43,299 bases of DNA. Source: a virus. Its lineage: Duplodnaviria; Heunggongvirae; Uroviricota; Caudoviricetes. Shown one piece after another: positions 27,177 through 34,864 of the stretch. The translations under genes and the position numbers were made by a program. Location: IMG/VR virus record IMGVR_UViG_2703718838_000011; one strand, given 5' to 3'. The notes under the pieces were generated by a model, which worked only from the letters and a program-made list of their open reading frames with translations, searched no databases and was not told the DNA's origin. Within the stretch, counting starts at the first letter, position 1. Each line of letters begins with the position of its first letter.

Positions 27177-27778
27177 CACCCCGCAAAGCTCATGAGCTGC
27201 GATGCGGCGTTTTCCGCTTCTCGCTGAGTCTTGAATGCCCGGGACAATACCCAGCGCCACAGAACATCGAGCGCGGCTTTGTACAGTTGCTGGAACTCGG
27301 TTTCGTCCATGTTAGCGAAGGCAATACTGCGGGGATGTTTGCGAAGTGTTCCGTCAGGAAGCTGAATAGCGTCATAGTGACCAGACTCGACAATTACCCA
27401 GGCACGGTACGCGTCAAAGGATTTACACAGGCTGATCCCATTGGTAATTCGGCGACTGGCTACCTGCTCCAGATACCGCTCGGCAGCATCCAGAAGTGCA
27501 CCTTCGTTTCCACCAAATGCCGCGAGGAATTTAGCGTACCCGGTCACCAATTTTCGTTCGTTGGAAGAGATCGCCCCTCCAGTGGGTTCCCAATATTCAA
27601 ACCCGAGATTCAGGAGCGCAAAGAAACGGCGATGGAATGCGGGATTCCTCACCTGCCGGAACTCGGCCACCAGCACGGCGCCGAGTTTGATTTTTGATTG
27701 CAGAATATCGCTGGTCTCCGGCGTCGCGGGGATCAGGATTCCTGAGGACTGCTTGATGAGTTGTAGTTCGTGCGCCAT
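27176..27778 (-). CDS. YbcN-like protein (DUF1367)
   Basis: ATG 27778; MAHELQLIKQSSGILIPATPETSDILQSKIK... resembles E. coli DLP12 YbcN as recalled. Confidence 0.7.
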   Translation of the reverse strand: MAHELQLIKQSSGILIPATPETSDILQSKIKLGAVLVAEFRQVRNPAFHRRFFALLNLGFEYWEPTGGAISSNERKLVTGYAKFLAAFGGNEGALLDAAERYLEQVASRRITNGISLCKSFDAYRAWVIVESGHYDAIQLPDGTLRKHPRSIAFANMDETEFQQLYKAALDVLWRWVLSRAFKTQREAENAASQLMSFAG

Positions 27779-27878
27779 GGTTCCCCCGTGGCGCATCAAG
27801 TTGTCAGTTGTTCAGGCTGACACTGACATTATGTACAGCTGATAATGGAAAATCAAATGTTGCTTTTAGCTGAACTGA

Positions 27879-28130
27879 TTAATATTTGTAGCGGTTTTCA
27901 GGAAGAAATGCGTATTCGTAAGTGAAGTTGAACGCCTCACTTTCAGTGTTAAATCGGCGCTCGGTGATATCACTCCAGTGTCCCCTGAAATACTTCTGAG
28001 CCCCCCACTTTCCCTCGAATGGGAATACAGCATACGCACCGACATACCGGTTATCAGCATGCGGATCTGGATATGACTCGCGTTCTGCCAGAACGTAAAA
28101 CTTGATGCCGCTTACAATGAGGCAGCCCAT
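27879..28130 (-). CDS. hypothetical aromatic-rich protein (P3)
   Basis: 83-aa ORF, ATG 28130 overlapping the stop of the upstream gene (ATGA). Confidence 0.4.
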   Translation of the reverse strand: MGCLIVSGIKFYVLAERESYPDPHADNRYVGAYAVFPFEGKWGAQKYFRGHWSDITERRFNTESEAFNFTYEYAFLPENRYKY

Positions 28131-28387
28131 CACTTCTTCTCGTTCTGCGCGGCCATATCCAGGTATCGCGGGTCGGATGATTTCGGTAGAGTCAGGCTTT
28201 GCTCTCGGTAGTAACGAACTCGCTCCATGAAGTATTCACGCAGATGATCTGGCTGCTCACGAGCTACCTGCTCAGCGATAACCGGCATGTTCAGGCGCTC
28301 TTTGTACGCTACGCCACTGGCAGCCAGGTCCACGTTAGCCTTGTCCTGCTCTTCTTTCGATTTTGCTGCGATATTAAAATGTGACAT
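28130..28387 (-). CDS. hypothetical charged protein (P2)
   Basis: 85-aa ORF, ATG 28387; translationally coupled to P3. Confidence 0.4.
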   Translation of the reverse strand: MSHFNIAAKSKEEQDKANVDLAASGVAYKERLNMPVIAEQVAREQPDHLREYFMERVRYYREQSLTLPKSSDPRYLDMAAQNEKK

Positions 28388-28569
28388 TAATCTGCTGTTC
28401 TCCCTCTTTTTTTCCTCGTTTCGTAAGGAGACCTGTAACCATCTACAGGGGCCACATCATCAGCCTCAAAGCGCTTAGCGTTTGCTATATCGGATTGAAG
28501 CCAGTGTTTTTTATATCGCTTCCTCGCCGCTTTGTATTTTTCGGCAGGTGTCATTTCTTCGTTTGACAT
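28387..28569 (-). CDS. hypothetical basic small protein (P1)
   Basis: ATG 28569 (track start 28632 is an upstream extension); 60 aa; its SD lies in the 3' arm of a hairpin at 28574-28599. Confidence 0.4.
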   Translation of the reverse strand: MSNEEMTPAEKYKAARKRYKKHWLQSDIANAKRFEADDVAPVDGYRSPYETRKKRGRTAD

Positions 28570-28724
28570 AAAAAATCCCCTTGAGTTATGGAGGGGATTA
28601 TAGGTCAGGCCGCGATTTGTTTCGACTGGCATAGTTCCGGCAGGTTAGCCCTCACCAGTGCTACAGCGAACGGGGGCACAGCCAAAAATAAAAACCGCCT
28701 AACCTGGTTGAAATTCGTTCAATT

Positions 28725-29066
28725 TTATTTGCAGGTAAATTGCACTACATCACCCTGAGACATTTGAAAGAATCGGTAATCACCATCTCCACGTCTTTGT
28801 ATAATATTGCCCTCTTTAGTCGCACCAGATGGGTATGTCTTTCCTTCCGGTTTTTCTGGCCTAATCTTGCTTGTGGTGTAAGAAATGGTCCCAAAGTTAA
28901 CTGTTATTGAATTTCCGATGTCAGTTATATTTGCCTTTACTTCGCCGGATTTTACTTCATTTGAGGTCATACTCCTTGCTATTCCAGAGCATACATATTC
29001 CTTTGCTTCAACGGCATGGGGCATAAGAAAGCCAATTCCTAACAACGTGATCGCCAAATATTTCAC
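28725..29066 (-). CDS. secreted protein of unknown function (moron)
   Basis: GTG 29066 with SD AAGGAG; signal peptide VKYLAITLLGIGFLMPHAVEA; extended -10 promoter TGTATAAT on minus strand at 29110-29117; Cys near both ends of mature part. Confidence 0.5.
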   Translation of the reverse strand: MKYLAITLLGIGFLMPHAVEAKEYVCSGIARSMTSNEVKSGEVKANITDIGNSITVNFGTISYTTSKIRPEKPEGKTYPSGATKEGNIIQRRGDGDYRFFQMSQGDVVQFTCK

Positions 29067-29228
29067 TTTATCTTCTCCTTGATGAGTCCCCCTCGATACT
29101 TTGGGAGGGATTATACAAAAGAAAAGTGTGGTCATGGCTATTTTTGGTAATGTTATTCGATGATAATTCACTTTATTTTTTAAATCATAATGCTATATTT
29201 CTTTCACCCCTTGCTTGCAAGGTACAAC

Positions 29229-29320
29229 GGAGGGTTGGCCGAGTGGTTGATGGCACCTCACTGATAATGAGGCGTACGGGCTATAAACCCGTACCGCGGG
29301 TTCGAACCCCGCACCCTATT
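29229..29320 (+). tRNA. tRNA-like gene with class II (long variable arm) fold; anticodon loop CUGAUAA gives anticodon GAU if folded canonically; acceptor stem imperfect
   Basis: Hand fold: acceptor GGAGGGT/ACCCTAT (one mismatch, one G-U), D-arm GCC-GAGTGGTTGAT-GGC, anticodon stem CCTCA/TGAGG, variable arm with 7-bp stem GTACGGG/CCCGTAC, T-arm GCGGG-TTCGAAC-CCCGC; no encoded CCA. Confidence 0.45.
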
Positions 29321-29321
29321 T

Positions 29322-29359
29322 AAGGGGTCGACAAATGTCGGCCCCTTCTTCGTTTTATA
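29322..29359 (+). terminator. rho-independent terminator following the tRNA-like gene
   Basis: 9-bp stem GGGGTCGAC/GTCGGCCCC (one G-U) with 4-nt loop, followed by TTCTTCGTTTT. Confidence 0.65.
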
Positions 29360-29408
29360 CATCAAATTTGGCTCTACCCGCACCGCATTCCTACCTGCTA
29401 AAACTTCA

Positions 29409-29540
29409 TCAATCACCTGCCATTGCGTAGCCGAGATTACCGCCGTCGCTTTGTGCTGCTGCTTTTATGAGTATTTCCTGTATCTCGTGCAGACGATCGA
29501 GTGATACAGGACCGTTCACCGGGTGGTTGTTAATTGTCAT
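29409..29540 (-). CDS. possible small ORF (43 aa)
   Basis: ATG 29540 with SD AAGGA 5 nt upstream; MTINNHPVNGPVSLDRLHEIQEILIKAAAQSDGGNLGYAMAGD; below track cutoff. Confidence 0.3.
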   Translation of the reverse strand: MTINNHPVNGPVSLDRLHEIQEILIKAAAQSDGGNLGYAMAGD

Positions 29541-29542
29541 GG

Positions 29543-30020
29543 TTAGTCCTTCACAAAGATAATCCAATGGGTTTTGTCGTTCTTCCCAGTACGCTGACCA
29601 ATTGCAGGTTTCACGTCAGTAAGAGCTAAAATCTGGCTAACCGGGATCTGCGTTTCGTTCCATTTGAAAATAAGCACGCCGCGCGGCCACAGCACCCGAA
29701 ACGCTTCTTTGAAACCGGCGCGTAAGTCAGAGCGCCACGTTTTTTTTGTTCAGTCGCCCGTATTTTTTACCCATCCAGGCAGACTGGCCCACGCGCTCGA
29801 GGTGCGGCGGGTCAAACACCACAACCGGAAAAGAAGAATCAGCGAACGGCAGTGAACGAAAGTCTGAAATCAGGTCTGGACTGATAACCAGGCGGCGACC
29901 GTCGCACAGTTCGTGCTCTTCGGCGCGAATATCAGTGAACACGGCGCGGGTGTCCTGCTTGTTGAACCAGAACATGCGGGAGCCGCAGCACATATCAAGA
30001 ATCGTCGTGTTGTCGGTCAT
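29543..30020 (-). pseudogene. small DNA methyltransferase-like gene split by a frameshift in a homopolymer (A8 on coding strand, T8 at 29740-29747)
   Basis: N-part from ATG 30020 has MTase-like motifs (ILDMCCGS, VVVFDPPH) and stops at 29727; the +1 frame continues through ...FKEAFRVLWPRGVLIFKWNE... to TAA at 29543. Confidence 0.5.
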
Positions 30021-30328
30021 ACTGATGCTCTCCCGTAAAACGCCAGTACACGCTGCATAGCCGGACTTGTGCGGCATACGGATGTGACCATGTTTTTTCT
30101 CACTTTCGATTTGAGTTGCTTGATATTCTGCTCGCCACCGGGCTGAAGCGAATAGACCGGGCGATGCGGCTCGCCAGTGCGGATTACTACCGTTTTGCGT
30201 ACTAGGTGAAGCAGCAGGTTGTGTGCCTTCTTGCAGTCGCATCCCAGCAGGCTCTGAACCTGACGAGGGGTTATGGTCTGGTTAACCCGAAGGAAATCGA
30301 CGATTGCCCACAGTGATTTGCTTGCCAT
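30017..30328 (-). CDS. hypothetical protein, possible winged-helix DNA-binding protein
   Basis: 103-aa ORF, ATG 30328; stop overlaps methyltransferase start (ATGA). Confidence 0.4.
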   Translation of the reverse strand: MASKSLWAIVDFLRVNQTITPRQVQSLLGCDCKKAHNLLLHLVRKTVVIRTGEPHRPVYSLQPGGEQNIKQLKSKVRKNMVTSVCRTSPAMQRVLAFYGRASV

Positions 30329-30346
30329 AGTGATTTGCCCTCGAAG

Positions 30347-31096
30347 TTATTTAACGATCCGGAGATGGCTAACGTTCTTGCGATAGCTGCCCCAGTCAAA
30401 GTTCACCCACATTCCGCCATCCATCTGGAGACGGTCGATAACCCGCGCACCCAACGCCACGAGAAGCTCGTCGTGGTTCAGGTTTGTCAGGATCCCCACC
30501 GGACGCATCGACGACAGGCGACGGTCGATAACCTGATTCAGAATGACTTTCTCGCCGTTACTTCCACGCTGAATACCGACTTCATCCAGCACCAGCAGAT
30601 CGACTTTGCAGAGGTCATCCAGCAATGCGGCCTCTGACTGACCACCGTCGTAGCACTCGCGAACGCGTAGCATCAGGTCAGGGATAGTGACGACCAGCAC
30701 GCTATGCCCGCCAGAAAGCAAATGATTTCCGATTGCTGCAGCGAGATGGTTTTTCCCGGTACCAGGGCCACCGCTAAACACGAAGCTCGCGAACCCAGCA
30801 CCGAAATTCTGTGCGTAGCTCTTTGCCATCGTGAAGGCTTTGCGCTGCCCTTCCCCGGATACATGGTAATTCTCGAAAGTGCAGCTGCGGTGCAGGCTTT
30901 GAATTCCTGAGCGACCGAAAATTTTCTCTGTCCGGGCTTTCTGATTCAGCCTGTCCAGTTCTTCACACCGCTTCAGGCCTTCTTCCCTCTGCCATGCCAG
31001 CAGCTCTTCCGCGCTGGTGAACTTCGGCTGAACTCCTGGCGGAATGAGTTTCTTCAGGCGCTCAAGAGCGCTGCCAGAATTAACAATGTTTTTCAC
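30347..31096 (-). CDS. replicative helicase loader DnaC-like (IstB-type AAA+ ATPase)
   Basis: Walker A GGPGTGKNHLAAAIG, Walker B LLVLDEVG; GTG start 31096 with SD GGGGG; directly downstream of replisome organizer gene. Confidence 0.85.
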   Translation of the reverse strand: MKNIVNSGSALERLKKLIPPGVQPKFTSAEELLAWQREEGLKRCEELDRLNQKARTEKIFGRSGIQSLHRSCTFENYHVSGEGQRKAFTMAKSYAQNFGAGFASFVFSGGPGTGKNHLAAAIGNHLLSGGHSVLVVTIPDLMLRVRECYDGGQSEAALLDDLCKVDLLVLDEVGIQRGSNGEKVILNQVIDRRLSSMRPVGILTNLNHDELLVALGARVIDRLQMDGGMWVNFDWGSYRKNVSHLRIVK

Positions 31097-31098
31097 CG

Positions 31099-32046
31099 TT
31101 ACCCCCTGAACCCGGTCGGGATGGTTTTATCTGGCTCAGAAATTCGGTTGGGATCTCGCTGTCCAACATGGACGGTCCTTTGGCCGTGACCACGCGATTG
31201 CAACAGACTGTTGGCAAAGGTCTGCTCCCAAGCCAACTGGTGTTTAACCTTGCCGTCAGGTATCCAGTAATCACGGAATTGCTGAAGTTCTTCAGCGGTG
31301 TAACCCGGCTCAGTGCCGACGTTCTTACCCCAGAGCGCAGCCTGACGCACGAAGTCTGGAGACGGGGTCCATGAGTCAGTGATCGGAAATTTACCCAATG
31401 GGCCAAAATCCAGACCGGGCCCAAAATCCTCGTTCTGAGGTTTGGGAGGGATAGCTGGCAGAGGTGGGTGATTTCCAGAAATATCATCCCCAGAATGACT
31501 TCCGCCCGCGCGTTCTCTCTCTGGGTTTAGATCTTCTCTTCTCTTCTCTTCTCTGTGGTTACGCGTTACGTTATTAGTAACGTAACGAGTAACGTTACTT
31601 TCCTGGAGTTTTTTCCGCTCACGAAACTCCTTCTGGCGCTGCGCATTTGTCTTGGCCGTAGCTGAGCGCATATCACCTGACGTATTGTATTCATTGAAGT
31701 TTGGAAGAATGACGCAGTTATTCTCCGCATCATAAATGGCCCAGCCTACGGTTGATAATGCAGCCCCAAAACCGGGTACTCCGACAATATCATCAATATC
31801 AGACAGGTCTGCATTTTCAAATACACCGTTACGCGAGTGTTCATTTGCCGCAGACCAAAACGTTACTAGTAACGACACCGTAACGTTACGGGTTACGTTA
31901 CGCGTTACAACGTCTGATAACGTGGTGTTATGCGAAAGTGTGAACATTTTTCCCACCTCCGGTGAACGCTCCAGTATTCGCGCAATTCCGTTCACCTTCG
32001 GGCTGGTGACCAGTGATGTACGCATCTTTATCCAGTCCCCGGCCAT
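31099..32046 (-). CDS. replication initiation protein / replisome organizer (lambda O-like role)
   Basis: ATG 32046 with SD AGGAGG (track start 32100 is a GTG extension); N-terminus MAGDWIKMRTSLVTSPKV typical of replisome organizer N-domains as recalled; contains iteron clusters. Confidence 0.7.
   Translation of the reverse strand: MAGDWIKMRTSLVTSPKVNGIARILERSPEVGKMFTLSHNTTLSDVVTRNVTRNVTVSLLVTFWSAANEHSRNGVFENADLSDIDDIVGVPGFGAALSTVGWAIYDAENNCVILPNFNEYNTSGDMRSATAKTNAQRQKEFRERKKLQESNVTRYVTNNVTRNHREEKRREDLNPERERAGGSHSGDDISGNHPPLPAIPPKPQNEDFGPGLDFGPLGKFPITDSWTPSPDFVRQAALWGKNVGTEPGYTAEELQQFRDYWIPDGKVKHQLAWEQTFANSLLQSRGHGQRTVHVGQRDPNRISEPDKTIPTGFRG
31558..31598. repeat. iteron cluster 1 (GTTACG/CGTAAC repeats), candidate origin element
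   Basis: Direct and inverted copies of GTTACG/GTAACG arranged around TTATTA; preceded by (TCTCT)n at 31533-31555. Confidence 0.5.
31861..31908. repeat. iteron cluster 2 (GTTACG/CGTAAC repeats), candidate origin element
   Basis: CGTTAC-TAG-GTAACG...GTAACGTTACGGGTTACGTTACGCGTTAC; encodes VTRNVTRNVT in the replisome organizer. Confidence 0.5.
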
Positions 32047-32213
32047 TAAGTCCTCCTGAAGAATAATTAAGGGAAGATTTATCCAGTCGCGGTCCGACAC
32101 GCTGGCAAAACAATTTGTGGTTAGGCATACTTACCCCGCAATGATTTCGCAATGAATTGCACCAGAAAGCCGTTGGTGTTCGCGCACCGCGGCTTTCGCC
32201 ATTTTTGAACCGG

Positions 32214-32753
32214 TCATATAGCCCCCAGCATCATCTGCACCATCTCCATCAGTGGACCGGTTAACCCAGGGTCAACGCGATACATCTCCACGATCCCCTC
32301 GCTCAACTCTTTCAGCTTTTGATGGCGTGGCGCATCCATTGCGACGGCAATCTTCGCTTCGCTGGTTTCTTTCTCCAGCCGAGCCAGGCGGGCCATAACG
32401 TTGTCTTCTGGTAGCAGACGGTTGCGGTATTCAATCGGCAGGACCGCCAGGATTGCCGGAGTCAGCTGGCGAACGTTCTCACGGTACCGTTCGCTGTTGA
32501 AATGGTTATCCAGGAAGCGGAAAAGCTTCTGCCGCTTTCGGCAGAGATCGTCAGGGAAAGTGATGTCATAACCACCCTGCGCCCGGTACTCTTCGACGAT
32601 CAGAGCAGAAACGACATCCTGACCATCTACACCCGCCCATGAACGAACGGCATTTCGAATATCTTCGTGACACGGCCCCTTATAGGTTTGAGCGCGATTT
32701 ATCACCGCTTGTTGCGGTACTCCTGTATCCTGGTAAAACGTAAGTAATTGCAT
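32214..32753 (-). CDS. YdaT-like protein (CII-position regulator/toxin YdaT family)
   Basis: 179-aa ORF directly downstream of cro-like gene, ATG 32753 with SD AAGGGA; same arrangement as Rac ydaS-ydaT. Confidence 0.5.
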   Translation of the reverse strand: MQLLTFYQDTGVPQQAVINRAQTYKGPCHEDIRNAVRSWAGVDGQDVVSALIVEEYRAQGGYDITFPDDLCRKRQKLFRFLDNHFNSERYRENVRQLTPAILAVLPIEYRNRLLPEDNVMARLARLEKETSEAKIAVAMDAPRHQKLKELSEGIVEMYRVDPGLTGPLMEMVQMMLGAI

Positions 32754-32784
32754 AGTGCTTTCCCTTGATGGTTAGCGCCGCCGG

Positions 32785-33015
32785 TCAGGCGGCTGAATGT
32801 GGATGCGGAAACAATTCAGGAAGGTCGGGACGGAATTCATGAGCTTGAATCTGTCCTTCGCTTGCCTTTACCAAAACAGGAACATGGATCGGGGAGATTT
32901 GTTTTTTCCCATTTAACCAGTCACAGACCGTGGATTGGGCCTTACCACATCGCTTCGCTAGCTCTTTCTGACTACCGGCGATTGCAATCGCTTTTTCTAC
33001 AGCAGGGTTTTTCAT
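32785..33015 (-). CDS. Cro-like HTH repressor (YdaS-like)
   Basis: ATG 33015 with SD AGGAG; 76 aa; divergent from cI across the operator region. Confidence 0.7.
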   Translation of the reverse strand: MKNPAVEKAIAIAGSQKELAKRCGKAQSTVCDWLNGKKQISPIHVPVLVKASEGQIQAHEFRPDLPELFPHPHSAA

Positions 33016-33042
33016 AATCGCTCCTTCTATCAATTTAGGTTG

Positions 33043-33071
33043 ATTATGTTTATCGCTTTAACGAATGTCAA
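33043..33071 (-). promoter_or_regulatory. candidate PR (cro promoter)
   Basis: Minus-strand TTGACA (33071-33066), 17-nt spacer, CATAAT (33048-33043); overlapped by operator sites. Confidence 0.5.
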
Positions 33072-33112
33072 TCGCCTATGCGATTTTTTGCTTATTAATC
33101 GCTGTGGCGATA
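33051..33112. promoter_or_regulatory. OR operator cluster: AATCGC-N4-GCGATT palindromes
   Basis: AATCGCCTATGCGATT at 33070-33085 (perfect arms), AATCGCTGTGGCGATA at 33097-33112, degenerate TATCGCTTTAACGAAT at 33051-33066. Confidence 0.55.
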
Positions 33113-33116
33113 ATAT
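33088..33116 (+). promoter_or_regulatory. candidate PRM (cI promoter)
   Basis: TTGCTT (33088-33093), 17-nt spacer, TAATAT (33111-33116), overlapping the third operator; weak -35 as expected for an activated promoter. Confidence 0.35.
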
Positions 33117-33144
33117 TTATGAAGGTTATTAGGGGGTATCTTTA

Positions 33145-33828
33145 ATGAGTTTTTCTGAGCGATTAGATCGCGCAATGAATGAGGCGGGTTATACACAGGG
33201 CAAGCTAGCTAAGGCAGTTGGCATGGCACAGTCAAGTGTTAACAAGCTGCTAAATGGTGCATCAAGCTCAAGAAAAACGGTCGAGATAGCTTCTGTTCTC
33301 AATGTTCGCCCTGAATGGCTTTCCACGGGATCCGGACCGATGCGTAACGATGGCCAGCTACCGCCTCCCATTACCGCGACAAAAAAAGACTCAAACATAT
33401 TCAGAGTTGACGTACTTGACCTGACATTTAGCGCGGGGCCAGGTTCTTTCATGATTTCTGAGTTTGTTGAGGTTCTACACGCCATTGAGTTCACAACCGA
33501 ACACGCTCGTTCACTCTTCGGAAATCGTTCTCAGGAAGACGTAAAAGTAATGACGGTCGATGGCGACAGCATGTGTCCAACTATACAGTCTGGTGACAGA
33601 TTGTTTTTCGATATTTCTGTAAGAAACTTCAAGGTCGACGGTGTTTATGCGTTCGTTTTCGGACAACATTTCCATGTGAAGCGCTTGCAGATGCAGGGCG
33701 ATAGGTTGGCAGTTTTGTCTGATAACTCAGCTTATGAGAAGTGGTACATTAACGAAGGTAATCAGGATCAACTCTACGTAATGGGTAAGGCATTGATTCA
33801 TGAATCAATAAAGTATAACCGATTGTAA
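33145..33828 (+). CDS. cI: CI-like prophage repressor (HTH domain plus S24 LexA-like autopeptidase domain)
   Basis: N-terminal HTH (QGKLAKAVGMAQSSVNKLLNG), C-terminal peptidase motifs (DGDSM serine, downstream VKRL lysine); SD AGGGGG. Confidence 0.85.
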   Translation: MSFSERLDRAMNEAGYTQGKLAKAVGMAQSSVNKLLNGASSSRKTVEIASVLNVRPEWLSTGSGPMRNDGQLPPPITATKKDSNIFRVDVLDLTFSAGPGSFMISEFVEVLHAIEFTTEHARSLFGNRSQEDVKVMTVDGDSMCPTIQSGDRLFFDISVRNFKVDGVYAFVFGQHFHVKRLQMQGDRLAVLSDNSAYEKWYINEGNQDQLYVMGKALIHESIKYNRL

Positions 33829-33872
33829 AACTGTACTTTTTATCTACTTTGGCCCAGAAAAGGATCATAATT

Positions 33873-34235
33873 ATGAAATCGGAATTATTTCATAGTGAAG
33901 CAAACTCCGAGATTATCACAGCGGATGAGTTCATTGATTTCATAAATTCATTCAAAAAACCAATAACTTGCCAAATCTGCGGGAACCAGTCATGGTCTGT
34001 AGTTGGTGCCTTTGATCTTGATGTAGAAGAAAATCAGCCAAAACATCATGTGATCGAAACACTTAGTTATGCACAATACAAACCTGATACTGATAGTGCT
34101 GTGACATATCCTGGCGGTATGCCACTATTTCGAATCACGTGTGATCACTGCGCACATGTACTGCTTTTTTCTTATAAAAAAGCCAGGACACTGATTAATA
34201 AAAGAAAAGAAGATCAAGGAGAGGATGGGAAGTGA
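33873..34235 (+). CDS. zinc-ribbon-like protein of unknown function (cassette gene A)
   Basis: ATG 33873 with SD AAGGA; 120 aa; two C-x2-C pairs (CQIC and CDHC); 45 nt after cI stop. Confidence 0.5.
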   Translation: MKSELFHSEANSEIITADEFIDFINSFKKPITCQICGNQSWSVVGAFDLDVEENQPKHHVIETLSYAQYKPDTDSAVTYPGGMPLFRITCDHCAHVLLFSYKKARTLINKRKEDQGEDGK

Positions 34236-34864
34236 TGGGCCCATTTCTCAAAGCTGTCCCAGACTGCGGTTCTGGCATTGATAAAGATGACCTGTACCCC
34301 AATGTTCAAAACAGACTACGCGTCGATAAAGAAGAAATGTATACTAACTTTATCAAATCAACAGATGAAGCTAATGAAACTGATGGGGGAAATGAAATGT
34401 CATCAGTTAGCCGTGAAGAAATGCAAGCACTTCTAGCTGCCAATAAGGCGGAGATGGAGTCCATTGCATCTTCGATTAGAGCTGAAATGGCTTTGTCACG
34501 CGAGAATATGAACGTTCAGCTGGCATCGCTCAATTCATCTATTAGCTCTATTTCTTCTAAAATTGAAGGGAAAATGGATAGCGTTGATGGGGATGTAAAA
34601 GCCATCAATGGCAAATTCGAAGGTATACAAGGGCAAATTACAGGAATAAACACTGCGATTGGCGGTATTCAATCAGGTATTTCCACTAGGCTTGCTATTT
34701 TTGGCGTTATCATTGCGGTTGTCGTTGCATTACCTAGTCTTGTTTCTGCCTTGAAGAGTGATCCGCCCGTAGTTCAACCAGTAGCGCAGCAACCTGTTAT
34801 CATCCAATTACCTCAAGAACCAACTACTCCACGAGTACTTCACCAACAGGAAAAATCAAAGTAA
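34235..34864 (+). CDS. coiled-coil membrane protein of unknown function (cassette gene B)
   Basis: ATG 34235 overlaps stop of gene A (TGATG), SD GGAGAGGA; 209 aa; one TM helix LAIFGVIIAVVVALPSLVSAL; Pro/Gln-rich C-terminal tail. Confidence 0.5.
   Translation: MGPFLKAVPDCGSGIDKDDLYPNVQNRLRVDKEEMYTNFIKSTDEANETDGGNEMSSVSREEMQALLAANKAEMESIASSIRAEMALSRENMNVQLASLNSSISSISSKIEGKMDSVDGDVKAINGKFEGIQGQITGINTAIGGIQSGISTRLAIFGVIIAVVVALPSLVSALKSDPPVVQPVAQQPVIIQLPQEPTTPRVLHQQEKSK

Noticed and set aside
29067-29171. Upstream extension of the 28725-29171 ORF
   Set aside because: An extended -10 promoter lies inside the extension; GTG 29066 with AAGGAG SD is the likely start.
29229-29320. tRNA-like sequence as the prophage attachment site (host tRNA 3' end)
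   Set aside because: The integrase is 13 kb away at the opposite end of the early region and phage genes continue on both sides; a complete cloverleaf with its own terminator argues for a phage-encoded gene.
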